Shown here: in pieces, positions 17,668 through 28,015 of the stretch
Position numbering within the stretch: position 1 is the first letter of the stretch
Layout: the number at the start of each line of letters is the position of its first letter
Source of the DNA: Candidatus Bathyarchaeota archaeon
GTDB taxonomy: Archaea; Thermoproteota; Bathyarchaeia; TCS64; B23
Reading direction: 5' to 3'
Length of the DNA stretch: 48,260 bases
Assembly: GCA_021161045.1 (NCBI GenBank)
Contig: JAGHBJ010000106.1
Coordinates: 1-48,260 of the forward strand
Notes under the pieces: model-generated
What the model was told of the DNA's origin: nothing
Databases searched by the model: none
Seen by the model: only the letters and a program-made list of their open reading frames with translations
Made by a program: the position numbers and the translations under genes

Positions 17668-18140
17668 CTCTCCTTTGCGTAGCCCGTCTCCTTTGAGGGC
17701 TGTTCGAGGGTGAGGTCCTCTATCTCAGCTCTGAGGCCGCAGAGCTCCTTGAGGGCTGCGAACATTAGATTCGTCATTATATGGCTGGGGCTTGCCCCCT
17801 CGTTGATCAGCCTCATGGAGGACTCGATGACGGAGACGCCGAACATCTCTATGATGACCTCATCATCAGCCACCTTCGTCAACTGTATCTTGGCCATGTA
17901 GCCCATCTCCTCAAGGAATTCGCCGACCCTCTTCAAGACGTCGTAGGGTTCACGGCTTGGAAACTCTATTCGTTTCTGGAGCTCCTTGAACCCTATCTCT
18001 CCGACATGTCTGAAGAACTCCTCGGCAGCCTCCTTTCCGTGAATCTCCGAGTAGGCTTTACAGATGTTGTAGTTGATGAAGTCTAGGAACTCCGGTTTCA
18101 CCATTTTTATGGGGATCTCCTTCGACAAATCGGACACCAA
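17646..18140 (-). CDS. Hypothetical protein (possibly V4R-like small-molecule-binding domain)
   Basis: 164-aa ORF with coding-like composition. It has only a weak resemblance to V4R proteins. Confidence 0.3.
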   Translation of the reverse strand: MVSDLSKEIPIKMVKPEFLDFINYNICKAYSEIHGKEAAEEFFRHVGEIGFKELQKRIEFPSREPYDVLKRVGEFLEEMGYMAKIQLTKVADDEVIIEMFGVSVIESSMRLINEGASPSHIMTNLMFAALKELCGLRAEIEDLTLEQPSKETGYAKERWILKKL

Positions 18141-18353
18141 GATAAAACCCTCTTAAAGAGAACTTATCTCTTTCCACAACCTGAATGACCCCACCTATGA
18201 GTGGAGGTAGCTGGCGATCTCGCCCTAACATTTATTAACGGGTGTTCGACCTACACTATAGCCTTTGGGGGTTAAGACGGCTTTTAGTCATGTGCTGGGG
18301 GGAACCGGAGCTAGTGAGGGTGAGCGAGAAGCCCATGCTTAATCCTCTATTCG

Positions 18354-21300
18354 ATGGGAGGGATGAGATTGGAGGGTGTCACTCTAACTGATAGGGATTA
18401 TTGGGAGGTTATGAAGGCCTTCTTCAGGGAGGAGGGCCTTGTAAGACAACACCTTGAGAGCTATAACGAGTTTGTAAAGCACACGCTCCAGAAGATCATC
18501 GACGAGATCGGCGGCATGACCATAGAGGTTCCAGGGAAGACCTATGAGGTTCGCTTCGAGACCATAGAGGTTGGCAGACCCAAGATCACGGAGGTCGATG
18601 GAACTGAGAGAGAGGTCTACCCGAAGGAGGCGAGGATCCGAAATCTCACTTACTCCGCTCCACTATACCTCGATATAGTCCTCAGCGACGGCGTTAGGGA
18701 GATCTTCGAGAGAGTTCACATCGGGGAGCTCCCCGTCATGGTTAAATCCGATCTCTGCGTCCTCTCAAAGCTCTCAAGGGATGAGCTCATCAAGATCGGC
18801 GAGGATCCAGATGAGGTCGGCGGCTACTTCATCATCAACGGCTCGGAGAGGGTGATCGTCGCCCTAGAGGATCTGGCTCCAAACCGGATCCTCGTGGAGA
18901 TCGATGAGAGGGGTTCTAAGCCCGTCTATAGGGCTAAGGTCTTCTCCACAACCGTAGGCTTCAGAGCCCGTATAGAGATGGTCATCAAATCCAAGGGAGA
19001 GATAGAGGTCTCAATACCAGGAGTTCCAGAGGCTATCCCCCTCGTCGTATTGATGAGGGCGCTGGGCGTCGAGACGGATAGGGAGATCGCTGAGATGGTC
19101 TCCCTCGATGAGGATGTCATCAACGAGCTTGAACCCTCCTTCAGGAAGGCAGCATCGGTTCAGAGCGTTGAGGACGCCATCCTATACATAGGTAATAGAG
19201 TCGCTTATGGTCAGGTGAGGGAGTTCAGGATCAAGAGGGCTGAGGCGGTTCTCGACCGAAATCTTCTCCCCCACCTCGGCCGTGAGCCGAGGGATCGAAT
19301 AAAGAAGGCCTACTACCTCGCCGAGATGGCCTGTAGACTCATCGAGTTGAAGCTGGGGAGACGTAAGGAGGATGATAAGGATCACCTGAAGAATAAGCGC
19401 ATCAAGCTGGCAGGCCCCCTCCTGGCGGAGCTATTCAGAAGCGCCTTCTGGAGCCTATACAGGGATATGAGATACCAGCTTAGGAGGATGAGCAGCAGGA
19501 GGAAGGGCATCATACTGTCAGCAGCTGTCAGGCCTGGTATAATCACCAGCCGTCTACAGCATGCGCTGGCCACCGGCAACTGGAGGCGTGGCCGAGTCGG
19601 CATGACGCAGCTCCTAGACAGAACTAATACGCTGTCAACCATCAGCCATCTCAGGCGTATACAGTCGCCGCTGAGCCGCAGTCAGCCCAACTTCGAGGCG
19701 AGAGACCTCCACTCAACTCATTGGGGTAGGCTATGCCCCAACGAGACGCCTGAGGGGGCTAACTGTGGACTTGTGAAGAACCTCGCCCTGATGGCGACGG
19801 TCTCCAGGGGCATCTCACCTGAGGGTGTTAAGAGGCTGCTCATCTACCTCGGCGTCGTCCCCCTAGAAATGGCTGACAGGGAGGCGAGGAGGGGGGCGAA
19901 GGTCTTCGTCGACGGCACCCTACTAGGCTACACATCCTCCCCTGAGAGGCTTGTGGAGGAGGTTAGGGAGCGTCGACGCCGAGGGGAGATAAGCAATGAG
20001 GTGAACATCGCATACTACAAGGAGCATAATGAGATCTATGTTAACTGCGATGAGGGGCGTATCAGGAGGCCCCTCATCATAGTCAAGGATGGTAGACCCC
20101 TCCTCCGGAAGAGGCATGTCAGGAACATAGAGACCGGCAGATGGACTTGGAGCGACCTGATAAGGGAGGGGATCATCGAGTATCTCGACGCCGAGGAGGA
20201 GGAGAACGCCTACATCGCACTCTCAGAGCGGGATGTCACCCCCGAGCATACCCATATGGAAATATGCCCCTACACCATCCTCGGAGTCACAGCCGCCCTA
20301 ATACCCTACGCCGAGCATAATCAGTCTCCGAGGAACACATATGAGGCCGCGATGGCCAAGCAGGCTCCAGGCTTCTACGCCCTCAACTATCGGGAGAGAA
20401 CCGATACGAGGGCGCATATACTGCATTATCCGCAGAGGCCTCTGGTCTACACCAAGCCGATGGAGATTCTAGGCTATAATGAGCGGCCTGCAGGTCAGAA
20501 TTTCATTGTCGCCGTCCTCAGCTCAACTGGCTACAACATGGAGGACGCCATCATCTTCAATAAGTCCAGCATAGAGCGTGGCCTCGGCCATTCAAGCTTC
20601 TACCGCATCTATAAGGCTGAGTGTAAGCAGTATCTCGGCGGAGCCAAGGATCGGCTGACCATACCTGAACCCGGGATCAGGGGCTACCACGGCGCCCAGG
20701 CCTATAGGCTATTGGAGGAGGATGGAATCGTCGCCGCAGAGGCGGTCGTAAAGGGCGGAGACATACTCATAGGCCGAGTTAGCCCGCCGAGGTTCCTGGA
20801 GGAGTATAGGGGCTTCGAGGTGAAGGGGCCTCAGCTCAGGGACACCTCCATAGGGGTGAGGCCGACGGAGGAGGGGGTCGTCGACACAGTCTTTGTCACC
20901 AAGGATATAGAGGGTTCACATCTCGTGAAGGTGAAGGTTCGAAGCCATAGGGTTCCAGAGCTGGGTGACAAGTTCGTCTCGAGACATGGTCAGAAGGGCG
21001 TCATAGGGATGGTGATGCCGCAGGAGGATATGCCCTTCAGCGTCCATGGCATAGTGCCCGACATCATCATAAACCCCCACGCCTTCCCGTCGAGGATGAC
21101 CGTCGGCCAATTCATAGAGTCGATAGCCGGAAAGGTGGCGGCCCTCCGAGGCGAATTCGTCGATGGCACACCCTTCAGCAATGAGAAGGTTGACAATCTC
21201 ATGGAGGCTTTGAGGCGGCTGGGCTTCAAATCCAGTGGGAGGGAGCTGATGTACGACGGCGTCACTGGCAAGATGTTTGAGGCCGAGATATTCATAGGCG

Positions 21301-21701
21301 TCGTCTACTACCAGAAGCTCCATCACATGGTGCTGGACAAGATCCACGCCAGGGCTAGGGGACAGGTTCAGATGCTTACAAGGCAGCCTACCGAGGGCAG
21401 AGCGAGGGGTGGAGGCCTCAGATTCGGCGAGATGGAGCGAGACTGCCTAATAGGGCATGGAGCCGCGATGCTGTTGAAGGATCGGCTTCTAGAGGAGTCC
21501 GACGCCTATACGATATATGTCTGTGAGCGCTGCGGCAAGTTGGCCTACTATGATATGAGGCTGAGACGCTATATCTGCCCCCTCTGCGGCGAGAAGGGCC
21601 TCGTAGAGCCTGTGACGGTCAGCTATGCATTTAAGCTGCTGCTACAGGAGCTCCAGAGCCTCTGTATATCGCCGACGTTGAAGTTGAGTGGGGAGGTGTA
21701 G
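18354..21701 (+). CDS. rpoB: DNA-directed RNA polymerase subunit B (unsplit)
   Basis: 1115-aa ORF with Rpb2-type motifs: HLESYNEF, GRLCPNETPEGANCGLVKNL, SRHGQKGV, GEMERDC, and a C-terminal zinc ribbon CERCG...CPLCG. ATG at 18363 is an alternative start. Confidence 0.95.
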   Translation: MGGMRLEGVTLTDRDYWEVMKAFFREEGLVRQHLESYNEFVKHTLQKIIDEIGGMTIEVPGKTYEVRFETIEVGRPKITEVDGTEREVYPKEARIRNLTYSAPLYLDIVLSDGVREIFERVHIGELPVMVKSDLCVLSKLSRDELIKIGEDPDEVGGYFIINGSERVIVALEDLAPNRILVEIDERGSKPVYRAKVFSTTVGFRARIEMVIKSKGEIEVSIPGVPEAIPLVVLMRALGVETDREIAEMVSLDEDVINELEPSFRKAASVQSVEDAILYIGNRVAYGQVREFRIKRAEAVLDRNLLPHLGREPRDRIKKAYYLAEMACRLIELKLGRRKEDDKDHLKNKRIKLAGPLLAELFRSAFWSLYRDMRYQLRRMSSRRKGIILSAAVRPGIITSRLQHALATGNWRRGRVGMTQLLDRTNTLSTISHLRRIQSPLSRSQPNFEARDLHSTHWGRLCPNETPEGANCGLVKNLALMATVSRGISPEGVKRLLIYLGVVPLEMADREARRGAKVFVDGTLLGYTSSPERLVEEVRERRRRGEISNEVNIAYYKEHNEIYVNCDEGRIRRPLIIVKDGRPLLRKRHVRNIETGRWTWSDLIREGIIEYLDAEEEENAYIALSERDVTPEHTHMEICPYTILGVTAALIPYAEHNQSPRNTYEAAMAKQAPGFYALNYRERTDTRAHILHYPQRPLVYTKPMEILGYNERPAGQNFIVAVLSSTGYNMEDAIIFNKSSIERGLGHSSFYRIYKAECKQYLGGAKDRLTIPEPGIRGYHGAQAYRLLEEDGIVAAEAVVKGGDILIGRVSPPRFLEEYRGFEVKGPQLRDTSIGVRPTEEGVVDTVFVTKDIEGSHLVKVKVRSHRVPELGDKFVSRHGQKGVIGMVMPQEDMPFSVHGIVPDIIINPHAFPSRMTVGQFIESIAGKVAALRGEFVDGTPFSNEKVDNLMEALRRLGFKSSGRELMYDGVTGKMFEAEIFIGVVYYQKLHHMVLDKIHARARGQVQMLTRQPTEGRARGGGLRFGEMERDCLIGHGAAMLLKDRLLEESDAYTIYVCERCGKLAYYDMRLRRYICPLCGEKGLVEPVTVSYAFKLLLQELQSLCISPTLKLSGEV

Positions 21702-21706
21702 AGAAG

Positions 21707-24700
21707 ATGTCGAAGATGATAGACTCCATCAAGTTTGGCATCCTCTCCCCAGATGAGATACGTCGTATGAGCGTCGTCGAGATCCAGACCTCAGACACCT
21801 ATGACGAGGATGGAGCTCCCATCGCTGGAGGCCTTATGGATGGACGCCTCGGCACCCTGGAGCCTCGTCAGCGATGCCGAACCTGCGGAAACATCGCCGC
21901 CAACTGTCCCGGCCACTTCGGCCATATAGAGCTGGCTGAGCCTGTTATCCACGTCGAGTTTGCGAGGCATATCTATCGACTGCTCTCCGCCACCTGTAGA
22001 AGCTGCGGCAGGATACTGCTGTCAGATAAGGAGATTGAGGAGATGCGGGAGAGGATGGAGGAGGATCGCAGACTCTTCGGCGAGGTGAGAGACGACACCT
22101 ATGAGGAGATCTTTAGGAAGGCGAAGGCGAAAAAGAAGAATAAGCGATGCCCCCACTGCGGCATGCCCCAATTCGAGATCAAGTTTGTGAAGCCCACCTC
22201 CTTCTACGAGGTGAAGGAGGAAGCCGAGGAGGGGGAGGAGAGGGAGCCGAGGCTTAAGCCCAGCATGATCCGAGAGTGGTTTGAGCGTATACCAGATGAT
22301 GATCTAAGGCTTCTTGGATTCGACCCCGAGGTTGCCAGGCCTGAGTGGATGATCCTACAGGTTCTCCCCGTCCCACCCGTCGATGTGAGGCCGAGCATCA
22401 TCCTCGAATCAGGGATCAGAGCCGAGGATGATCTAACGCATAAGCTCGTAGACATAATCCGCATCAATCAGCGTCTTAAGGAGAACATCGAGGCCGGCGC
22501 CCCCACCCTCATCATCGAGGATCTCGCCGAGCTGCTGCAGTATCACGTCACCACCTACTTCAACAACGAGGTCTCGGGGATCCCTCCCGCCCGACATAGA
22601 TCGGGGAGAACCCTCAAGAGCTTGGCTCAGAGGTTGAAGGGGAAGGAGGGCCGTTTCAGGGGCAACCTCTCCGGGAAACGAGTCGACTACTCCGCTCGAA
22701 CCGTCATATCACCCGACCCAAACCTCGACATAAATGAGGTGGGAGTCCCCTTCCACATAGCCATGAGGCTGACGGTACCGGAGCCAGTGACGGAGAGAAA
22801 CCTGGAGGAGATGAGGCAGCTCGTCATCAACGGCCCCAACAGGTATCCAGGCGCCCTATACATCATCAGGCCTGACGGCAAGCGTATCAGACTTGAATTC
22901 GTCGCAGATCGGGAGAAGCTGGCTGAGACCCTTGAGCCGGGCTTCATCGTCGAGCGCCACCTCAGAGATGGCGATATCGTCCTCTTCAATCGTCAGCCCA
23001 GCCTTCACAGAATGAGCATCATGGCTCATAGGGTGAAGGTGCTGCCCTATAAGACCTTCAGGCTTCACCTCGCCGTATGTCCGCCGTATAACGCGGACTT
23101 CGATGGAGACGAGATGAATCTCCACGTCCCTCAGAGCAAGGAGGCCCAGACGGAAGCCCGACTATTGATGCAGGTTCAGGATCAGATCCTCTCACCGAGA
23201 TATGGAGCTCCCATCATCGGAGCCACTAAGGACTTCATCACCGGAGCCTATCTATTGACCAGAAAGGAGACAATGCTGACAGCCGATGAGGTTGGAAAGC
23301 TGCTGGCCGCAACGGGATATGACGGCCCCATACCTGAGCCGACGATTAAGGAGCCTGAACCCCTATGGTCTGGGAAGGATATCTTCAGCCTCTTCCTCCC
23401 AGAGGACTTCAACTTCGTCACGAGGGCGAGCATCTGCCGCCACTGCCCTGAATGCCTGAAGGAGAAGTGTCCCTATGACGCCTACGTCGTGATTCAGCGT
23501 GGGAAGCTGAAGATGGGGGTCATCGATAAGAATAGCATAGGAGCTGAGAAGGCTGAGACGATATTCCACCGCATTGTGAAGGATTATGGAACCGATGTGG
23601 CACACGACTTCCTCAACTCCATATGTAAGCTCATCAACACCTTCCTCTCCATAAGGGGCTTCACCTATGCCCTCGATGAGCTGGAGATCAGCGAGGAGGA
23701 GAGGGAGAAGATCGAGGCCGTTCTCCAGGAGATGGAGGAGAACGTCAGCCGCCTCATAGAGGACTATAAGGCTGGGAGGATGAAGAGGCTTCCAGGGCGC
23801 ACCCTGGAGGAGACCCTTGAATTCGAGATAATGAATGAGCTGGCTAAAGCGAGAGACAAGGCTGGAGAGCTTGTAGAGGCCAGATTGAAGCTGGACAACG
23901 CAGGAGTCATCATGACCCGCACAGGGGCGAGGGGCAGCAGCCTGAATATAGGGCAGATGATGGGCTCCGTCGGGCAGCAGTCGATCAGAGGCAAGCGGAT
24001 CACCAGGGGCTACCTAAACAGGACGCTGCCCCATTTCAAGGAGAACGATCCCAACCCCGCCGCCAGAGGCTTCATCTACAGCTGCTACAGAGACGGCCTC
24101 AACCCCTTGGAGTTCTTCTTCCACGCCATGGGAGGCCGCGAGGGCCTGGTCGACACCGCCGTGAGAACCCAGCAGAGCGGATATATGCAGCGCCGCCTCA
24201 TAAACGCCCTTGAGCATCTAAGAGTCGAATACGATGGCACCGTGAGGGACTCGATGGGCAACATCATCCAGTTCAGATATGGTGAAGACGGCGTCGACCC
24301 GGCGAAGAGTGATCACGGGAAGGCGGTCAACGTGGAGCAGCTCATCGAGAGGGTGAAGCTCGGCGAGGAGGGGGGTGAGCCGGCGTCCCCCGAGTTCATA
24401 GAGGAGTGCATCGGGAAGGTGGAGGATAAGCTGCCTCTAAGCATCGTCGAGGAGCTTCGAAGACTTCTTCCCGCTGCGGGTCTGACGGAGAGGGGTGTCG
24501 AGAGGGTCATCGAGGGGGTTGTCCGCAGCTATGAGTTCAGCCTCGTAGAGCCTGGAGAGGCTGTTGGCACCGTCGCAGCCCAGTCCATCGGGGAGCCTGG
24601 AACCCAGATGACCCTGAGAACCTTCCACTACGCAGGCGTCGCCGAGCTGAACGTCACCCTCGGGCTGCCGAGGCTGATAGAGCTGGTGGACGCCAGGAGG

Positions 24701-25525
24701 ACGCCGTCGACGCCTACGATGACCATCTACCTCGATGAGGAGCATCGTCACGACGCCGAAAAGGCGAGGGAGGTAGCCCAGAGGCTGACTTATACAACGC
24801 TTGGGGACATCCTAGACTCCATAGGCCTCGACATCAGACGTGACGCCATAAGAGTTGTCCTCAACCCCGAGAGGATGAGAAGCCTGGGGGTCAGCGAGGA
24901 AGATGTGGAGGAGGCGGTGCCAAAGCTGGAGAGGGAGGAGGAATACATCTATCTACTGCCATTATCGAAGGTTCGAGATGAGGATCCAGAGAAGGTGATA
25001 GAGGAGCTCACGGAGACCGGCATCAAGGGCATACCTGGGATAAAGAGGGTTCTCACCGTCTATGAGAACGGCGAGTGGGTTATAAAGACTGATGGATCAA
25101 ACCTGGAGATGGCTCTCAACGTCGAGGGCGTCGACCCGACGAGGACGACGACCAACGACATCCATGAGATCGCGAAGGTTCTAGGCATAGAGGCCGCTAG
25201 GAACGCCCTTATAAGGGAGGCGAAGGGAGTGCTAGACGAGCAGGGTCTCGACGTCGATGTGAGGCATGTGATGCTCGTCGCGGACATCATGACCAGCACC
25301 GGCGAGGTTCAGCAGATAGGCCGTCATGGAGTAAGCGGTGCGAAGAGCAGCGTCCTAGCCAGGGCTGCCTTCGAGCTGACAGTTCAACACCTGGTCGACG
25401 CCGCTGTAAAGGGTGAAATTGACCCGCTGAGGGGTGTGGTGGAGAACATCATCGTCGGACAGTCGATGCCCCTCGGAACTGGCAGCGTTGAACTCTTCAT
25501 GACGGTTGGAGGTCGAAGGCGATGA
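21707..25525 (+). CDS. rpoA: DNA-directed RNA polymerase subunit A, single polypeptide covering A' and A''
   Basis: 1272-aa uninterrupted ORF. It has the Rpb1 motifs NADFDGDEMN and a zinc-binding N-terminus. A''-type sequence (LVEPGEAVGTVAAQSIGEPGTQMTLRTFHYAGV) continues in the same frame. Confidence 0.9.
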   Translation: MSKMIDSIKFGILSPDEIRRMSVVEIQTSDTYDEDGAPIAGGLMDGRLGTLEPRQRCRTCGNIAANCPGHFGHIELAEPVIHVEFARHIYRLLSATCRSCGRILLSDKEIEEMRERMEEDRRLFGEVRDDTYEEIFRKAKAKKKNKRCPHCGMPQFEIKFVKPTSFYEVKEEAEEGEEREPRLKPSMIREWFERIPDDDLRLLGFDPEVARPEWMILQVLPVPPVDVRPSIILESGIRAEDDLTHKLVDIIRINQRLKENIEAGAPTLIIEDLAELLQYHVTTYFNNEVSGIPPARHRSGRTLKSLAQRLKGKEGRFRGNLSGKRVDYSARTVISPDPNLDINEVGVPFHIAMRLTVPEPVTERNLEEMRQLVINGPNRYPGALYIIRPDGKRIRLEFVADREKLAETLEPGFIVERHLRDGDIVLFNRQPSLHRMSIMAHRVKVLPYKTFRLHLAVCPPYNADFDGDEMNLHVPQSKEAQTEARLLMQVQDQILSPRYGAPIIGATKDFITGAYLLTRKETMLTADEVGKLLAATGYDGPIPEPTIKEPEPLWSGKDIFSLFLPEDFNFVTRASICRHCPECLKEKCPYDAYVVIQRGKLKMGVIDKNSIGAEKAETIFHRIVKDYGTDVAHDFLNSICKLINTFLSIRGFTYALDELEISEEEREKIEAVLQEMEENVSRLIEDYKAGRMKRLPGRTLEETLEFEIMNELAKARDKAGELVEARLKLDNAGVIMTRTGARGSSLNIGQMMGSVGQQSIRGKRITRGYLNRTLPHFKENDPNPAARGFIYSCYRDGLNPLEFFFHAMGGREGLVDTAVRTQQSGYMQRRLINALEHLRVEYDGTVRDSMGNIIQFRYGEDGVDPAKSDHGKAVNVEQLIERVKLGEEGGEPASPEFIEECIGKVEDKLPLSIVEELRRLLPAAGLTERGVERVIEGVVRSYEFSLVEPGEAVGTVAAQSIGEPGTQMTLRTFHYAGVAELNVTLGLPRLIELVDARRTPSTPTMTIYLDEEHRHDAEKAREVAQRLTYTTLGDILDSIGLDIRRDAIRVVLNPERMRSLGVSEEDVEEAVPKLEREEEYIYLLPLSKVRDEDPEKVIEELTETGIKGIPGIKRVLTVYENGEWVIKTDGSNLEMALNVEGVDPTRTTTNDIHEIAKVLGIEAARNALIREAKGVLDEQGLDVDVRHVMLVADIMTSTGEVQQIGRHGVSGAKSSVLARAAFELTVQHLVDAAVKGEIDPLRGVVENIIVGQSMPLGTGSVELFMTVGGRRR

Positions 25526-25833
25526 GCAGCCTAGACCACGAGTTGAGGATGGCCCTGAAGACGGGTAAGTTCCACCTAGGCTCCAAGAGCGCCCTCAAGG
25601 AGCTCCTACGGGGAAGGGCTAAACTAATAATCCTCTCCAGCAACTGCCCAGAGCATTATAGGGAGCAGATAGAGGAATATGCCAAGCTCGCCGGCGTCCC
25701 AGTTTTGAGGCATAGAAAGGATAGCGTAGACCTGGGAACCCTATGCGGTAAGCCCTTCCCAGTATCAGCAATTGTTATAAATGAACCTGGTGACTCAAAG
25801 ATCTTGAATCTGGTGAAGAGGGGAGATGCTTAG
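25522..25833 (+). CDS. rpl30e: 50S ribosomal protein L30e
   Basis: 103-aa ORF whose ATGA start overlaps the rpoA stop. The L30e pattern is LKTGKFHLGSKSALKELLRGRAKLIILSSNCP. Its position between rpoA and nusA is conserved. Confidence 0.85.
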   Translation: MSSLDHELRMALKTGKFHLGSKSALKELLRGRAKLIILSSNCPEHYREQIEEYAKLAGVPVLRHRKDSVDLGTLCGKPFPVSAIVINEPGDSKILNLVKRGDA

Positions 25834-26263
25834 GAACATAAAGATCACGGAGAATGAGCTTCGATACATGTCCCTCCTAGAGAGGATGACAGGCGCCACA
25901 GTGCTCGACTGCATCATCGATGAGGAGGAGGGCTCAATAATCTTCGCGGTGAAGAAGGGTGAGGTAGGTCTAGCCGTGGGGAGGAGGGGTGAGAAGATCA
26001 AGAAGTTTAAAAAACTGACGAATAAAAAGGTGGACATCTACGAATACATCGAGGATCCGATAAAGTTCATTAAGAGCGCCCTCAAGCCGGCTAGGGTGAA
26101 GGATATAAAGCTTGTTGAGAGGGTTGACGGCAGCAAGATCGCCATGGTCAGGGTTGAGGAGAAGGATAAGGGTATAGCCATAGGAAAGAATGGGAGGAAC
26201 ATCAAGAAGGTGCGCTTCCTCGCCAAACGCTATTTCGGCTTAGAAACAATCATAATAAGCTAA
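25826..26263 (+). CDS. nusA: NusA-like transcription termination/antitermination factor (two KH domains)
   Basis: 145-aa ORF with GxxG KH motifs (VGRRGEKI, IGKNGRNI). Its operon position is canonical. Confidence 0.8.
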   Translation: MLRNIKITENELRYMSLLERMTGATVLDCIIDEEEGSIIFAVKKGEVGLAVGRRGEKIKKFKKLTNKKVDIYEYIEDPIKFIKSALKPARVKDIKLVERVDGSKIAMVRVEEKDKGIAIGKNGRNIKKVRFLAKRYFGLETIIIS

Positions 26264-26266
26264 AAA

Positions 26267-26575
26267 CTATCTAATCTCCATCTCGATATAGACTTCACTC
26301 GGCACCCTGATGCGCATTATATTCCTCATCACGCGCTCGCGGGCGTCGATCTCTATCAGCCTCTTATGAATTCTCATCTCATACTTATCCCAGGTATTGC
26401 TGCCATCGCCGCAGGGAGTTCTCCTGACGGGGACCACCAGCCTCTTCGTGGGCAGCGGGATGGGTCCCACCATCTTGACGCCCATCCTCCTGGCGATCTC
26501 TTTTATCTCCTGGCATACCATCTCCAGTTTCTTTGTATCTGTGCTGGTCAGTTTAATCCTCGCCCGTCTAACCAT
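26267..26575 (-). CDS. rps10: 30S ribosomal protein S10 (uS10)
   Basis: 102-aa ORF with ARIKLTSTD...[10 protein letters not shown]...HKRLIEI, typical of uS10. Confidence 0.9.
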   Translation of the reverse strand: MVRRARIKLTSTDTKKLEMVCQEIKEIARRMGVKMVGPIPLPTKRLVVPVRRTPCGDGSNTWDKYEMRIHKRLIEIDARERVMRNIMRIRVPSEVYIEMEIR

Positions 26576-26615
26576 CCCGCCACCCCTCGGAGGACTCCAC
26601 GGAATTTAAATCTTC

Positions 26616-27905
26616 CTAACTCTCGATCTCCAGCACTATGCCGGCTGCCACGGTTGTCCCCATATCCCTGATGGCGAAGCGGCCCAGCTGCGGGAACTCC
26701 CTGTAAACCTCCATCGCCACCGGCTTTAGAGGCTCGAAGCGGACCACGGCTGCGTCGCCAGTCTTCAGGTAGCTTGGATTCTCCTCGATGACCTGACCTG
26801 TTCTTGGGTCAAGCTTCGAGATGAGCTCCGCGAACCTCACTGGAATCTGAGCCGTGTGGATGTGTAGAACCGGCGTATATCCCTGAGCGATGGCTGTTGG
26901 GTGGTGGATGACGAAGATCCTCCCCTTGAAGGCCTTAGCCACCGTCGGCGGATTGTCTGGGTAGCCGGCCACCATTCCACGCCTCAGCTGATCCCTCGCG
27001 ATGCCCTTGACGTTGAAGCCTATGTTGTCGCCTGGCTCAGCCTTGGGAATCCTGGTGTGGTGAGTCTCGATGCTCTTAACCTCGCCCTGTAGGCCGCCTG
27101 GCATGAAGATAACCTTCTTACCGACCTCTAGGACGCCTGTCTCAACCCTGCCCACGGGAACTGTTCCAACGCCCCTGATGGAGTAGACATCCTGGATCGG
27201 TATCCTCAGCGGCTTGTCGATGGGCTTAGGCGGAACCTCGAACTCGTCTAAGGCCTCGACGAGCGTTGGGCCATCATACCATGGCATGTTCTTACTCTTC
27301 TCCACTAGGTTGTCGCCGGTCCACCCTGAGACGGGGATGAAGTGTATCTTGTTGACGTTGTAGCCCACCATCTTCAGCAGCCTAGCGACGCCGTCCTTAA
27401 CCTCCTCATATCTCTGCTGGCTCCAGTTCACGGTTGGGTCATCCATCTTGTTTATGCAGACAACCATCTGATCGACGCCAAGGGTCTTAGCTAGGAAGGC
27501 GTGTTCACGGGTCTGCCCTCCAGGGGTCATGCCGGCCTCATATTCTCCCCTCTTGGCTGAGACGAAGAGGATGGCTCCATCAGCCTGGCTGGCTCCGGTC
27601 ACCATGTTCTTCACGAAGTCCCTGTGCCCAGGGGCGTCGATGATGGTGAAGAAGTATTTCGGCGTCTCGAACTTGTAGAAGGCGAGGTCGATGGTCAGTC
27701 CACGCTCTCTCTCCTCCTTGAGCCTGTCGAGTATCCAGGCATACTTGAAGGACTCCTTCCCCAGCGCCTTGGCCTCCTCCTCGTATTTCTTGATGGTCTT
27801 CTCATCTACGGCTCCGGTTAGGTAGAAGAGGTGGCCTATCGTCGTGCTCTTTCCATGATCTACGTGGCCGATGACTATGAGGTTGAGATGTGGCTTCTCA
27901 CTCAT
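26616..27905 (-). CDS. tuf: Translation elongation factor EF-1 alpha
   Basis: 429-aa ORF with G-domain motifs [17 protein letters not shown] and NKMD. A GGAGGT Shine-Dalgarno sequence lies upstream of the ATG. Confidence 0.95.
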   Translation of the reverse strand: MSEKPHLNLIVIGHVDHGKSTTIGHLFYLTGAVDEKTIKKYEEEAKALGKESFKYAWILDRLKEERERGLTIDLAFYKFETPKYFFTIIDAPGHRDFVKNMVTGASQADGAILFVSAKRGEYEAGMTPGGQTREHAFLAKTLGVDQMVVCINKMDDPTVNWSQQRYEEVKDGVARLLKMVGYNVNKIHFIPVSGWTGDNLVEKSKNMPWYDGPTLVEALDEFEVPPKPIDKPLRIPIQDVYSIRGVGTVPVGRVETGVLEVGKKVIFMPGGLQGEVKSIETHHTRIPKAEPGDNIGFNVKGIARDQLRRGMVAGYPDNPPTVAKAFKGRIFVIHHPTAIAQGYTPVLHIHTAQIPVRFAELISKLDPRTGQVIEENPSYLKTGDAAVVRFEPLKPVAMEVYREFPQLGRFAIRDMGTTVAAGIVLEIES

Positions 27906-28015
27906 ACCCTAACCTCCTACACAGTGAGGATAGAATGAGACATAAAAAGTTTCCTGGGTTCACTCCTCGGCTACGTAAGGTTTTAAAGGGGGTGCTCAAC
28001 GCCCTATTGGGGAAG
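27906..28015. promoter_or_regulatory. Divergent promoter region for tuf-rps10 and rps12
   Basis: The minus-strand CTTTTTAT (27942-27949) is about 40 nt upstream of the tuf ATG. The plus-strand TTTTAAA (27981-27987) is about 30 nt upstream of the rps12 ATG at 28016, implying a very short leader or none. Confidence 0.45.

Noticed and set aside
27890-28015. N-terminal 42-codon extension of the S12 ORF, overlapping the tuf start codon.
   Set aside because: Conserved uS12 sequence begins at the ATG at 28016. The extension spans the divergent promoter region, includes TATA-like elements, and has no similarity to uS12 N-termini.
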